From the NCBI RefSeq assembly GCF_964355755.1, contig NC_092678.1, forward strand, positions 22,337,365 to 22,401,364: a DNA stretch of 64,000 nt, read 5' to 3'. The DNA is from Antedon mediterranea. Taxonomy: Eukaryota > Animalia > Echinodermata. Below are positions 23,913 to 36,209 of this stretch, piece by piece (positions within the stretch are counted from its first letter, which is position 1; every line of letters begins with the position of its first letter). The position numbers were made by a program, and so were the translations under genes. The notes beneath the pieces were generated by a model that made no database searches, was not told the origin of the DNA, and was given only the letters and a program-made list of their open reading frames with translations.

Positions 23913-24169
23913 TTTACTGGTAGATTTCATGGCTGTTTGTACCAATAAAAGGAAGTTATTTTGAGTTTTTCACTCAAAGTACTTAAATTACAGCATTTAG
24001 GATTTATGCTCTTAGCTTGTGTTAGCATTGCACGGACATACATATGATTTCTGCAAGCTGAGTGTGTTTTTGTCGAACTTTTTATATTTCAGTTTTTTGC
24101 GAATTTTGTTTGGAATTTTACCGGGAATCTATTCAAGTTGAACTCATATTTTTTTACAACACTTGTAAG

Positions 24170-24569
24170 ATGAAAATGCCAACTCAAAGCAGCCTAGATC
24201 AACAGGATTTTTTGGCGCAGGGTCGGTCGCCAAAGTGGGTTAGGGAGCATTTGGCTGCCAACGACTTGCTTGTTTTAGACCTCCGGTCTGCAGATGAATT
24301 TGGTCAATCACACATCGATGGAGCGATTCATCTATCTTTGCCCGGTAGCGGGGGTATTCTATTACGGCGACTTCAGAAGGGTACAGTGTCTTTCAAATGC
24401 TTTATAGCCGGCGATGAAGGCAAAGAAACATTTGCAAAAAGATCAAAGAATGTTCCTATTATTTTGTACGATACGAATACCACAGATTTCAACGCAAACA
24501 CGGACTCAACGTTCTTGCTGTTGTTAAAGAAGTTGGCCAAAGATGGCTTCCGATCTTACTATCTCGAAG
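24170..24569 (+). CDS. DUSP6/7: dual-specificity MAP kinase phosphatase MKP-3 class, exon 1 (rhodanese/kinase-binding domain)
   Basis: ATG at 24170 (alternative 24176); LVLDLRS..EF..SHIDGAIHL; KIM GILLRRLQKG; ends YYLE-G at donor GAAG|GTAAGT (phase 1). Confidence 0.95.
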
Positions 24570-25266
24570 GTAAGTGATCTCATCATCATAGTTTAACGGC
24601 TATTTACAAATGCTAATTTATGCTATGTGTATCTTTTGTTTATTGTTTTAGACTGTTATCAGTTAAGTGTGAAGTTTATCCGAGCGGCTTATTTGTAGCT
24701 AGGCATAATTACACATTCAAATTGTTATACGGGAATCGATTGCGTTTAAAACAGTGTAATGCTTAAAAACCACAGTCGTTAACAAATGTTTAGAATTTGT
24801 TTCAATTGGGCGAGTGCAGTTTCGATTTTCTCGCGCCTTTTTAAACTATCGATCGTAGGGGTTAATTGAATAGAAAAGCAATTGAATTTCTGTAACCGAA
24901 TTTTCTTGGACGGCCACTTTAAAGCGTCTTAACAGATGGTATTTTGATTTACTCGAAAAAATTTACTTCCGTTTTAATGGTGTAACCAAACACCAAACCA
25001 CGACAATCCTTTCTCAGCAGGGGGTAGTCGAAACTATTTCGGAAGTTTCACATTTGAACCGTTAGTTATTACAGCTTGCCTATTTATTTTTGTCAATGAA
25101 ATATGATCAATTTATAAAGTATTGAATGATACAATAAATTATGTATAGCCTCTAATTAAGGACCAACTAATCTGTCCACATTTTTTTTAATTAATTTTAA
25201 TCTACTTGTTTTTAAGTGTGTTTTTTAAAGTTGTATGATAAATTAAAATATAATTTATTTTTTTAG

Positions 25267-25650
25267 GAGGATTTGCTTCTTTCGCTTCACAATTCCCGAA
25301 TTTGTTGGACAGACAAGGAGAAAGTGAGTCGGACGACGAGCCGATGGTTGAAGGAATCGGTAGATTACGAATAAATTGTGGCGGCAGTGGCAGCGAGTCC
25401 GAGCAAGAACCACCATTAGACAATCTTTTACCGGTTGAAATTTTACCAGCATTATTCCTGGGATCTAAGAAAGACTCTGAAAATCTGTCTATGCTCCAAG
25501 AACTCAATATTAAATACATTTTGAACGTTACGCCAAATATTCCCAATAGCTTTGAGAAAAATGGACTTATAAAGTACAAACAAATACCAATATCCGACCA
25601 TTGGAGCCAAAACCTAGCTGCATTTTTTCCAGAAGCAATATCATTTATTG
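25267..25650 (+). CDS. DUSP6/7: MKP-3 class phosphatase, exon 2
   Basis: Acceptor TTTTAG|GA restores YYLEGGF; NES-like GIGRLRI; catalytic-domain start PVEILPALFLG; general-acid loop ISDHWSQNL; donor ATTG|GTAAGT (phase 1). Confidence 0.95.
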
Positions 25651-26257
25651 GTAAGTATTTTTAAAAATCACAAAATAAGAAATCGTTAAATTTACAGATA
25701 ATAAATTTAAAAAAAACACAATATTTTAATCTAAAATTAAATTTTGACAGAAAGTTTAAATTTCAATTTTCCAATAATGTTGGTTTATTTATATTAAAAA
25801 CTTGGGGCATTGCCAAATCTGTTAATCACGGAAATAACTTAGTTAGCAGTTAACAAGGAAATCTCATTAAAATTAAATAAATTAAGCTTGTGTTCTTCCG
25901 GAAGTTCACTATTTGTTTTGGTTTTTATAATGACGTAGGAAATGACAATGAATTCACATGATATGGATAATTTAAATCCAATGTTCTTCACACCTGTAAA
26001 TAAAATTTTACCCAAAATTACATTTATTTCTGAACAATTTGGCTTATAAATATTCATATATACAACCTTATTGAATTCAATGAAAATGTATTATGCATAT
26101 CTGCACTCAGACAATGTCTTTGTCGAGTATTTAGTACTAAATTATGCCTCAATCGTTCACTGAAAAAATCTATATCTCATTTACTAATTTCATCTATGAC
26201 CTTTATAGGTCATAAAGTCATTCATGCGTAACATTTCAATATTATTTGTTTTTACAG

Positions 26258-26646
26258 AGGAAGCCAGAGAAGCCAAGTGCGGAGTATTAGTACACTGTTT
26301 AGCTGGCATCAGCAGATCCGTAACGGTGACCGTAGCGTATTTGATGCACAAAATGTCGTTATCGTTAAACGAAGCCTACGATTACGTAAAGCTTAAGAAG
26401 TCGAACATCTCGCCAAACTTCAACTTTATGGGACAATTATTAGACTTTGAACGACGATTAATAAACAGTCCGTGTCGAAAAGGAACGTGTCATTGTGCTG
26501 CGGAAGGACGCAAATGCTACAGCCCGAAAATCTTGAATCAGTACACAGAAGAAATGCATTTTACGGATAATTGCCCCACCACGCCAAGTAGCACGGAGTG
26601 TTCGTCCCCATCTGAATTCGATTTTCCCCCGTACCTGTCGTTGTGA
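26258..26646 (+). CDS. DUSP6/7: MKP-3 class phosphatase, exon 3 (catalytic signature); spliced CDS 1173 nt, 390 aa
   Basis: Acceptor TTTACAG|AG; [11 protein letters not shown]-loop, [20 protein letters not shown]; stop TGA at 26644-26646. Both intron positions (YLEG|GF and AISFI|E) match those I recall for vertebrate DUSP6/7. Confidence 0.96.
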
Positions 26647-27577
26647 GACCTGTTTTATTTTCCCTCAGATACAAAAATATTCTAATATTTAATATATATA
26701 TATATAATATATATATAATTGGTGCTGATTTTGTAATGAATAGGACTGATACTCTTTGTTGAATTGTTATGTAATTTTGCATCTTAAAGATGATATTTTG
26801 TTAAATTGTTATGAAGTTTAAAAGTAGATTTTTTAATAAATTAATTTGAATTTAATCGATTTTTAACAGATCATCCCACCATACAATGTAATTGGCCCAT
26901 GATTTTCTTTTGTATGTTTAATTGATATCTTTCTCTCGAGCAAAAGAATTTAGTTTCTCGTTAGACTGATTGTGAAATTAAAAGATAAACAACTCATTAT
27001 AGAGAATGTATGCAAGAAATAGCTAGGGGGTTTTGTAATAAGGGATGCCATTTATACAACGTTTTATACGAGAACAATTTGACATTTGATACTGAAATTA
27101 TGTGTACTCCAAACACATGTACTTACGATTTTTAACTCACCATCTTCAACTTGGAATGAGGTGGGTCAAAGGTCAACATGTATAACTGGGTCACATGTGT
27201 GCAAAATTAGCATCTTTTGAATTCATTTCCTTGTGTATTTGCTTTAGTAACACAACTGATATTTCTCAAATATCTTTTTTTTCATTTGTAGGGAAAACTT
27301 GTTAAATTTTAATAATCAAGTATATTTGAACATTGTCTTGTTTATACCACCCTTGTTACATAACATGCTCAGAAATAATTTATTTTTAATGAAACCGATT
27401 TAAAATGTTTGAAAATGTTTTCAGCTTTGCAAGAGAAATATTTAAAAGATATAAAGTATAAATTTTATTTGTAACTGAAAAGATAATTGTAGTGAGAGGA
27501 TGCTGAAGACTTTGTATATCCTGTATGTATTATTGGTTCTTGTAAGATATTTTGTACAGTTGATTTTCCTGAGAAAA

Positions 27578-27583
27578 AATAAA
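27578..27583 (+). other. candidate polyadenylation signal of DUSP6/7
   Basis: AATAAA followed ~20 nt later by a T-rich tract; an alternative AATAAA lies at 26835; the UTR contains several ATTTA pentamers. Confidence 0.45.
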
Positions 27584-28524
27584 GAAGATGAGTGAATTGT
27601 AATTCTTTTATTTTGTATTATTTACCGTTTTTGAGATACTTAACAAGAAATGTTTTTTAAAAATCAAATTATTTTTTAAAAATCAAAATTGAGCAATTAA
27701 AAACAGTTTGAGAAGAGACAACCTGTACAGTACTCAACGTCCATAAAACATCGTGACATACCTGTATGGTTAGCCTAGGTTCTAAACCGAAATTAGTAAA
27801 AAGATTTTGGCACATATGGCGTTTCATACGTATAGTACGTAAGCTCGTTTTTCAGGCAAAAATTGAAACGCTGACTGGTGGACTATAAAATAGACAATAA
27901 ATACAGACTTGGGCCAAGTCTACTGTAGGTAACTTTATTCATCATACAGTAGTTGTATAGAGTATAAAGATATAGGCAACAATCTTTCATGGCAAAATAA
28001 TGAAATATTAAAACTTGAAATGCATCTACCAAAGATAAATTTTTGATCGAAGTGTTGAAAATCCTTAATTTGTAGCTTTAGAAATAGATTTACTTTAAAA
28101 TTGTTACTAATGATGACAGATCATAAAAATATTTATATAATTTTTGGTTTCATTTTATGCTAAAATAGCAAGACAATTTGCCATTGAAATGGTTCTGCCT
28201 GATTGGATCGGTAAAAGATTTATGTATTTGGTATATACTGTGACCCACCTGTGACACCACCATGGGACCAAAATGTGGTAATTGAATTATTAATGGAGAT
28301 AAAATGCAACCACTACTGAATGAGGGACAGAATGGATTTGTTAAAGGAATTTGTGGTTCTTTACAATACATCAGTAGATGGAAAATGAAAATAACATTTC
28401 TGGTTTGGCAAGCAAAGAATGAAAACATGTTTCGCAACATCCTCCAAAAAAGTGGTTAGTTTTTCTAATTTTATTCTGTTTGTTCAACAACATGTGACAT
28501 TAAATCATTTTTTTATTATACACT

Positions 28525-28675
28525 GAACTGACAACTTTGTATCCCATCTGAAGAATGAGACAATAAGAGAAAAGTCTAAATATACAAAGAGTATGGCACA
28601 AACAGGACTCAACCCTATGCCTCTCACATGCATGATATTCCTTACCATTATGATTGACATACCACTCTAGTCACA
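28525..28675 (-). mobile_element. eroded tRNA-derived SINE
   Basis: Minus strand has A-box-like TGTGACTAGAGTGG and B-box-like GGTTGAGTCC, then a body matching the TCCCATC(C/T)GAAG motif also seen at ~33130-33165 (+) and ~45322-45362 (-). Confidence 0.45.
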
Positions 28676-30885
28676 TAGATGTAATATTGTAAACAGCTTT
28701 GGAAACCAAATGCTAGTCCAGAAGTCTATTTTAAAATATTAAATTCACATTTAGTTTTGATTCAGTAGAAAAAAAAATAAAACAAAACAAATTCTGTATT
28801 ATTTTTCTAAGCTTTTCTCCAAATTCTTTTGAATATTCAATGAGATAATAAACAATTATATTTATAATTCATGATTATAATATTAATAGGAAACCTGTGA
28901 GTTACTATAGACCCACCATTTTCCTTCTAAATTTAATAGTTTCCCTATAAATTTTACATATAATTATAATTTCTTTCCAGTTTTCCAATTAATTGGACAG
29001 TTTCCAGAACAGAATTTTGATTTAAGCCGAAACTGAAGAATGCCGGATGTACATGAGAGATTGTGTAAACAGTGCGTTCATTTACAATATACAATGCGTT
29101 GCATTCGTTCTTTATTGATCATACAAAGACTCTTGCAAAGAATATGCTAAGTGTCTTGTGCGAAACCTGATACATTACAAAATGCGAATTTAATGCCTTT
29201 AGCTGTGGAGTATTAAAAATTGCCGATTATGTCAACAAACGCTTTGCAATTTTCGATATGAGTTGATTTTGCTCTCTGTTTATTTTAGTCATGTGATCGA
29301 TCTCAAATGTCGGAGATAATGTTTGTATACTCAAGTATTTTGAAATGATTCAACGTTTTTATTTACGCATATTGTGCTGTTTTGATTTTAAACATTTCTA
29401 AGCAAATAAACATTATTTATCCAACAATAATACATGTTTTTTTTTTATTTATAAAAGTATTTTTCTCTTCTTTTAAATGTAGAACATCATAAATAACTGA
29501 ATATTTAACTTTTTCATGAATCATAAAAATAAAGAATTATATTGACTTCTCAATATTTTTATATAATAATACACACTGACTCGGAAATTAGCTGTTTGTA
29601 AAGGAAAAACATAATGAACAAAATTTGAATTTATTTAGGAATCTATGGAGAAAATAATATTATTTTAGCTACTTGTCACACACACCATAAATGGGTTTTA
29701 TCACAGCAGCCTAGCCAAATGCACGATAAAGCGTAATTTTACTAGAAATAGCATTGAGCCGCTTGTGTGAAATTATTCCTATAAATAGCAACGCATAGCA
29801 GTTTGACTCGGTGTTTCATAATTTATGCTTGCGGATTATTACCGCATGTAATTGGAATATACCATTAAAGGTCATGTGATCAATATATGAGATGCAAATA
29901 GTCATAGTTGCGTACATTTTGTGTACATCACATTATGATAATGTGTATGTTTTGCTTTTTATTTTATTGCGATGCTGTAGATCGTGAAAAAATGCAACAT
30001 ACTAATTCGTATCATGAAGTATTTACAAATATGAAAGAAATGAAAAATTGTAAGTTTTCATAACACAAATTGTTTTGTATTTTTGAAACAAAACAAATGT
30101 CCTATGGTATTATACAAAGATATTACTGTATAATATTATTTTATACAAATTATTAATAGCAGTTCTGCAAACAATATACCATTTAATAAATGAAAATAAA
30201 TGCAGAATGGTGTATGCTCTTTTGATAGACATGTAGAAGACAAACAAATGTATATACAGTAATATTATTGTTAAATAATACCTCTTATTATTTTGAAACT
30301 ATTTATACTTTTATACCCAAAACTAAATATTATTTATCAACAACAATTTAAATAGATAAAGTTTACAAACATTTTTCATAAAATTATTTTGCTATCATAA
30401 TATTTTGAATATTATATCCTGTTTATAGTACGAATTGTATAAACTTCCACCCAAACAAGATATAACAATGTTTTTTTTTTATCATTATTAAAAATATTAT
30501 TGTCCTAATAGAATTGTTTTGCATTGTTTGAGCTTTAGCATTTGGATCAAAATTATCATAAATAATGCATTGTTATTTTGTTGACATTGTCTAGTTTGTG
30601 GCTCAACTTGGTAGCATGGGGCGAACCCTTTGTTTTCAACGGTTGAGTCATCGTTAGGCGGAATATTAATTTTTTCGAAATTTATGAATGAAAATCGCTG
30701 AAGCGCAACACTGTAGTATTCTAGAGAGACATGTAAATGAATTGTGCCTGGCCTCCTCACTGTTTACAATTTGTGTGTACAGTAGTAATATATTACACCA
30801 CACTATTACATCAATATTCAATTATTTCACCAGCATATTACAGATTAAGTCTTTTATACAGTGTAATATATGAAATTAATTTTTG

Positions 30886-31390
30886 TAATAAATATATAAC
30901 CGAATCAAAATAAAATTACATATTTGAGAAATAAATAAATAAAATAACATAAGATCATATGTTAATAAATAATCATATTAATAAATAAAAAATTGTATCA
31001 ATAACTTATTACTGATTTTTATAATTTATGTGTGATTGTACAATATTAATACTTAAAGATGTATTAAAAATTACTAAAATGGATGATGTAAGTTGGCTTT
31101 AATAAATATATAACCAAATTAAAATAAAATTACATATTTGAGAAATAAATAAATAAAATAACATAAGATCATATTGAAAAATGATCATTGGGAAAATGGG
31201 CAATCCGGAAAATGTACTGGTTAAAAAAAAATTGTATCAATAACTTATTAATGATTTTTATAATTTATTTATAATTTATAATTTTAATTTTTATTTATTT
31301 ATAATGTATTTGTGATAATTGTACAATATTAATACTTAATAATAAAAGATGTATATTAAAAATTACTAAAATTTATGATGTAAGTTGGCT
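30886..31390. repeat. AT-rich tandem duplication (second copy with insertions)
   Basis: TAATAAATATATAACC...AAATTACATATTTGAGAAATAAATAAATAAAATAACATAAGATCATAT...ATGATGTAAGTTGGCT at 30886 and 31100. Confidence 0.85.
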
Positions 31391-33196
31391 AAAAATAGAA
31401 ATATGTAATATAGTAGTCACATGAAAACAACTATAATTAGCCCAAATGGAAATTACATAATTTATTTTACGATTTCTAATGACTTAAAATATATTATTAC
31501 ATAATATATTATTTTTAAATTTAATAATAAACAAATTTATGAATAATTTATGAGATTATAAATATTATTATCTTAAAACAATACCAAATATTATTTTCCA
31601 TTTTCAGACCTCGAAAGTTTTAGCCAATCAAATTGCTTGATTGAAATTGCTTAATTTAAATCTACTGCCCAAATTCATACTAAGCAGACTATACTAGGAG
31701 AGGCCTAGCTATCCCCATGTGTTTGTTTAAAAAAACCCTCCAAAACTGCATGTATTTTGACACCAACATCGTTGTTGCTAAGGTAGAGTGTCTCTTCTTT
31801 AATTCGTTTTTATCACTATACAGTTTAGAATAACTACATGTTTGTAGAAAGAAATGTTAAGTAGGCTAGGCCTAAGTAGAGAGATAAGTCCAGATGCTTG
31901 GCTGCAGCATCCAGACATCGTCTGGGTGGCCTACCTGAGTGTAAGTATGTGTGTATCAACTTTTTTAGCCTAGCCAGGGAGGTCAGAGGTACTATCAAGA
32001 TGTTGTTGTTTTCTCATTTTCAGAGTGTTCAGACCATGTTTAGAACATGGAGGTATAAAAAGTTTTTAATTTTTTTTAAAGATGAACAGTTTATTGATTT
32101 AAAAAAGCATGAATGAAAATCTTTTTTACAAACTTGATTTTAATTTTATGCTTGACTGTGTAGTTCTTCATTGGACTTGATAATTACCCCATGAACATTG
32201 TTGATGAACATTGTTCTTTTTTAAGAGTTATTTTCCGATTATGTATTAATTGTTAATGTTACTTTTAAAGTGTTAGTAATATTTACTAAATAAATATATA
32301 TAAAAAAAATCTAAATACTGGTTAGAAAAAATTATTAGTACAGTTTAAGCATAGAAGTAAACAATACATTTTTGATTATTATTTTTTACCTCCATGGTTT
32401 AAGACACACAGTACAGTAATATATTGGAAGATGACATCAGAAAAAGATCTCAAGCGATATTAGCCTTGGCAGCCTCAAAGGTAGGCAGCCTATAATAGAA
32501 ATGTATAGTTGTTGTTGTGATGAGTATCTGTTTAATGGGAAACTATTCTGTTCCGTTAGGATATCAGCAACCGGATGTTGTCCAGTTGTTAGCAGAGATC
32601 ACACAGGAAGCGGAGATCTTAATAACAATGGTACTAGCATATGACACTAATTTTAGCTAATGATGCCCTAGCCAAGTTGTTATATTGCCAGGCAATACAT
32701 TAATGCTTTTTTGATTTATTGCATTAATTAATGTGCAAAACAGAAGCTTGCAGACAGCTTTGGACGCTGGTTTCAGGGGCCCAGTGTAAGGGCTAAACTG
32801 TGTTCAAGCATGGAGGTATCCATGGTTCAAGTGAGGTAGTTTTTTGAGTGTTAAATTCTGGGTCTTGGAGGATTTGGTAGTTCTAGCATGGAGTATGATT
32901 CTAGGTGTGTAGGGGCATGGCTCATGTGTAAGAATCCAGATGATGTAATGCGTTATTAAAATAATAGGGATAATTATTAACATTAGAATGTTAGGAACCG
33001 TTTTTACTATTAATATGGAGGCCTACTCAATTTGATTTAAAGAAAAAAATAAATTGTACAATTAGTAACAAACCATATTCACTCCTTAAGGATGGCTGCA
33101 TGTGTTTTGACAAGATATTTTTGTCATGCCTAATCCTTCAGATAGGACATTACATAGGTGGATCAAAACAGGTGCAAACACTATCACAAACCACTA

Positions 33197-33332
33197 ACAC
33201 TATCAAATACAGTAGTTTGAAAAGTTTGATGTGCCCAAATATGGTAGTGATATACCCAAATATGGTAATGCTATGACATCATCACATCCATATACATTTT
33301 TTGTCACAAAGATTGATAGTGTAGACAGAGCT
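33197..33332 (-). mobile_element. MITE family B
   Basis: Ends TGATAGTGTAGACAGAGCT+TTA; internal GCCCAAATATGGTAGTGATAT. Confidence 0.8.
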
Positions 33333-34156
33333 TTAGATTTAAACAATTATAGCAGAAGCCCTATTGAGGAAAGTATTAGAAGAAGTAATTTTAATACTAA
33401 ATATTGCGCAGGCCTTTTATACGCACACATAATGCTTTCATTTGCAAAATCAATCGATTCTCTAACCCGCTTTGATTACATCAGCCTAGTGTGTGTACGC
33501 AGGGTAGTAGGTAAGACCCATTAGATTTCTTATGACAGGGAAAAGATCAAAGCAAACCGCAAAATACAAATTGTATGTACGCTTCTAGCCTTTTGGTGTT
33601 CTTTAGATTAAAAGATAAGAATACAGTGGATTACAAGGTCATAGCCTATAGCATTCAATTCAATACATTACAGTAGGTTGGTTAAATTTTTCTCCATGCA
33701 TTTTCTATGTTTAACAATCAGTATATCGCAGCGTAAATCGGATTGTGTCTATAATTATAGGTGTATTTACATAACATATATATAGGTTATATAGGTTATA
33801 TAGGGAAGATAACATAGCCTATAGCAAAAATCTACAATACGATATCCATGATGAAATTAGAATGTTATAAACAGTAGTTGAGCCTCAGAATTGGACGGCT
33901 ACCTTTGTAATCAATACTATTTCGTTGCTTATTATTTTAACTACAATCAAATTTGATAGTACAGTATATCTTAATACTATGATAACATAATGGAATTTGA
34001 AACTTGAATTGAATATAAATTATTTTAATCTGAACGTATGGTGACTTGTGTTAGGGAAAGACTGCTGTAGTTTCATCATCATGTATTGTTTGCATATTAT
34101 AAAATACATAATACATTCTTGACTGAAAACAGTACAAAATATCTTCAACATAGTAA

Positions 34157-34279
34157 AGCTCTGTCTACACTATCAAACTCTACTTAACAAAAAAATGTAA
34201 TGCGCCCATATATGGACATGATGATGTCATATTACTACCATTATTTAGGTTTAGCTAATTTGATAGTGTAGACAGAGCT
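34157..34279 (+). mobile_element. MITE family B (internally deleted)
   Basis: Both TIRs intact; TAA at 34154-34156 and 34280-34282. Confidence 0.88.
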
Positions 34280-34539
34280 TAATACATTCACAAGTACATT
34301 TGCGATATAATACACCAAAATCCAACAGGCTTATCATCGGCAGAACATGTGACATTAATGTTGTAATAATACTTGAAGCGACTACAACCTGTGCTCGTAA
34401 GCCCTTCACCGGGATTACACGCTTCGTTTGTAATATCCCTTGCGAGCTATAAATAGACAAGAGTACATTATATAATTACCCTTTGTTGTCTATCAACATT
34501 CCCATCATGCTCTCTTATTAAACAATATACGATACATTC

Positions 34540-34795
34540 AACATTTAAAAAAGTAAACACTTTTATTGCTTGTTGTTCGTCTGTTTTTTTGCACATCAGT
34601 ACTGTTTGTTTTTTGGGGAATTGTCTTTGATTTCTCCGTGACTTCCTGTATAAATGTTTTCTTATTAATCAATATATTACATTCAAAATATTCTGTTTAA
34701 AAAAAGTAAACATTTTTATGACTTTTTGTTCATCTGTTTTGTACATTATTAAATTTGTTTTTTGGAGAATTGTCTCTCTGTGACTTCCTGTATAT
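34540..34795. repeat. diverged tandem duplication, ~153-bp period
   Basis: TTTAAAAAAGTAAACA...TTGTT..TCTGTTTT...GTGACTTCCTGTATA twice. Confidence 0.7.
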
Positions 34796-35184
34796 TTTGA
34801 TGTGGTAAATTTTAATTTGTATGTGGTATTGATAGCTTTTAAGAAATAATACATGTTTTGTATTTGTCCACCTCATTAAATAGACCAGTCCATTTTGAAA
34901 CTCATAAAAATATTCCACTTTTAAACTAGTGAGTTATTTTACAACTCCCTGCCTAAACATTCATTGTTTGTATAAAGTATATGTTACACTAGTGAGATGG
35001 GTTGTCTTATCACCTTAATGGTTACATCTTATACATTTTATATACTTATCAGTATTATATTAAATAATTATATTTTCTTGATTGCAATTAGTATAGGCCT
35101 AGTAATTTTTAGTTTCCAGAATCACTTGCATTTTCATATATTCTTGGATATTTTATTTTGATTGTAAAGTATTATGAGCATTAA

Positions 35185-35497
35185 AGTTCTATCTACACTA
35201 TCAATATTTATGTGACCAACAAATCATGTGATGTGCCCATATATTGACATGATTGTGTCACCACTACCATATTTGGGCATATCACTACCATGTTTGGGCA
35301 TATAACTATCATATTTGGGCATATCACTACATATTTGGGCATATCACTACCGTATTTTGGCATATCACTACCATATTTGGGCATATCACTACCATATTTG
35401 GACATATCACTACCATATTTGGACATATCACTACCATATTTGGGCATATCACTACCATATTTGGGCACATCACTGCCGTATTTGTGTACATCACACT
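35185..35497 (+). mobile_element. MITE family B with its internal 21-bp unit expanded into an array; right TIR absent
   Basis: TAA + AGTTCTATCTACACTATCAA, then ~11 copies of CATATCACTACCATATTTGGG (35257-35496). Confidence 0.88.
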
Positions 35498-36209
35498 TCG
35501 AATGTATCAAACATGACACTATTTCCATTTCTTCACATGAAAAACACAAATGTACATTTTACTAGCCGATTACAAGTGTAATTACCATTCGTATATTGCT
35601 AAGTTTGTGCACTTAAAAAACCAGGTTTACATCTACCGGTATAAAATGTCTGTACTTATCCATTAATACTAAATCGTCGGGCTCCTCGGGCAAAAATAAC
35701 TTTAACGTAATGCTTTGACCTACTCAAATGATTCCATGTGTCTCTTCTTAGCGTATTTTCATTTGCTCGTCGATAAATCATTTTGGCTATGCTGTTTATC
35801 TTCGTGTATTTGGTTTTACAAAGTATTTTCTTTTTCTGATTTAAAATATATATGTATATAAAATTGGTTTTTTTTCGATGATATACAACATTTTTCAATG
35901 CTTTTAAATACAGTTGTAAAATACGTATTAAGAAATTTGTATTGAGATTGATTTCCAAATTTACAATACCAAACTGAATGGAAAAATGTCTACTCTAACT
36001 AGGAGCTTCAGTATCAATCCTTTTCTGTGAGGTTTAATAGTTATTTATTTATTTATTTTAGAGTAGTTTTTTGTCAAATTTTATTCATAGTAGCTCATAG
36101 TTTATATGGGAATTCAGGTATGCCACTATTGGCCAATTTCAATTTAATCATTATTTTAAACAAGATAATAGCACACCATAAAATTGTATATTATTATGTA
36201 TGCAATAGA

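Noticed and set aside
24062-24169. N-terminal extension in the ORF track (GTG start)
   Set aside because: Non-ATG start and no MKP similarity; the first in-frame ATG is 24170.
25202-25579. Antisense ORFs over DUSP exon 2 (and 18203-18460 over the LINE)
   Set aside because: Shadows of the real coding frames with no recognisable motifs.
35208-35581. Four overlapping repetitive ORFs (PKYGSDM, HITTIFG etc.)
   Set aside because: Translation of the 21-bp MITE-derived array.
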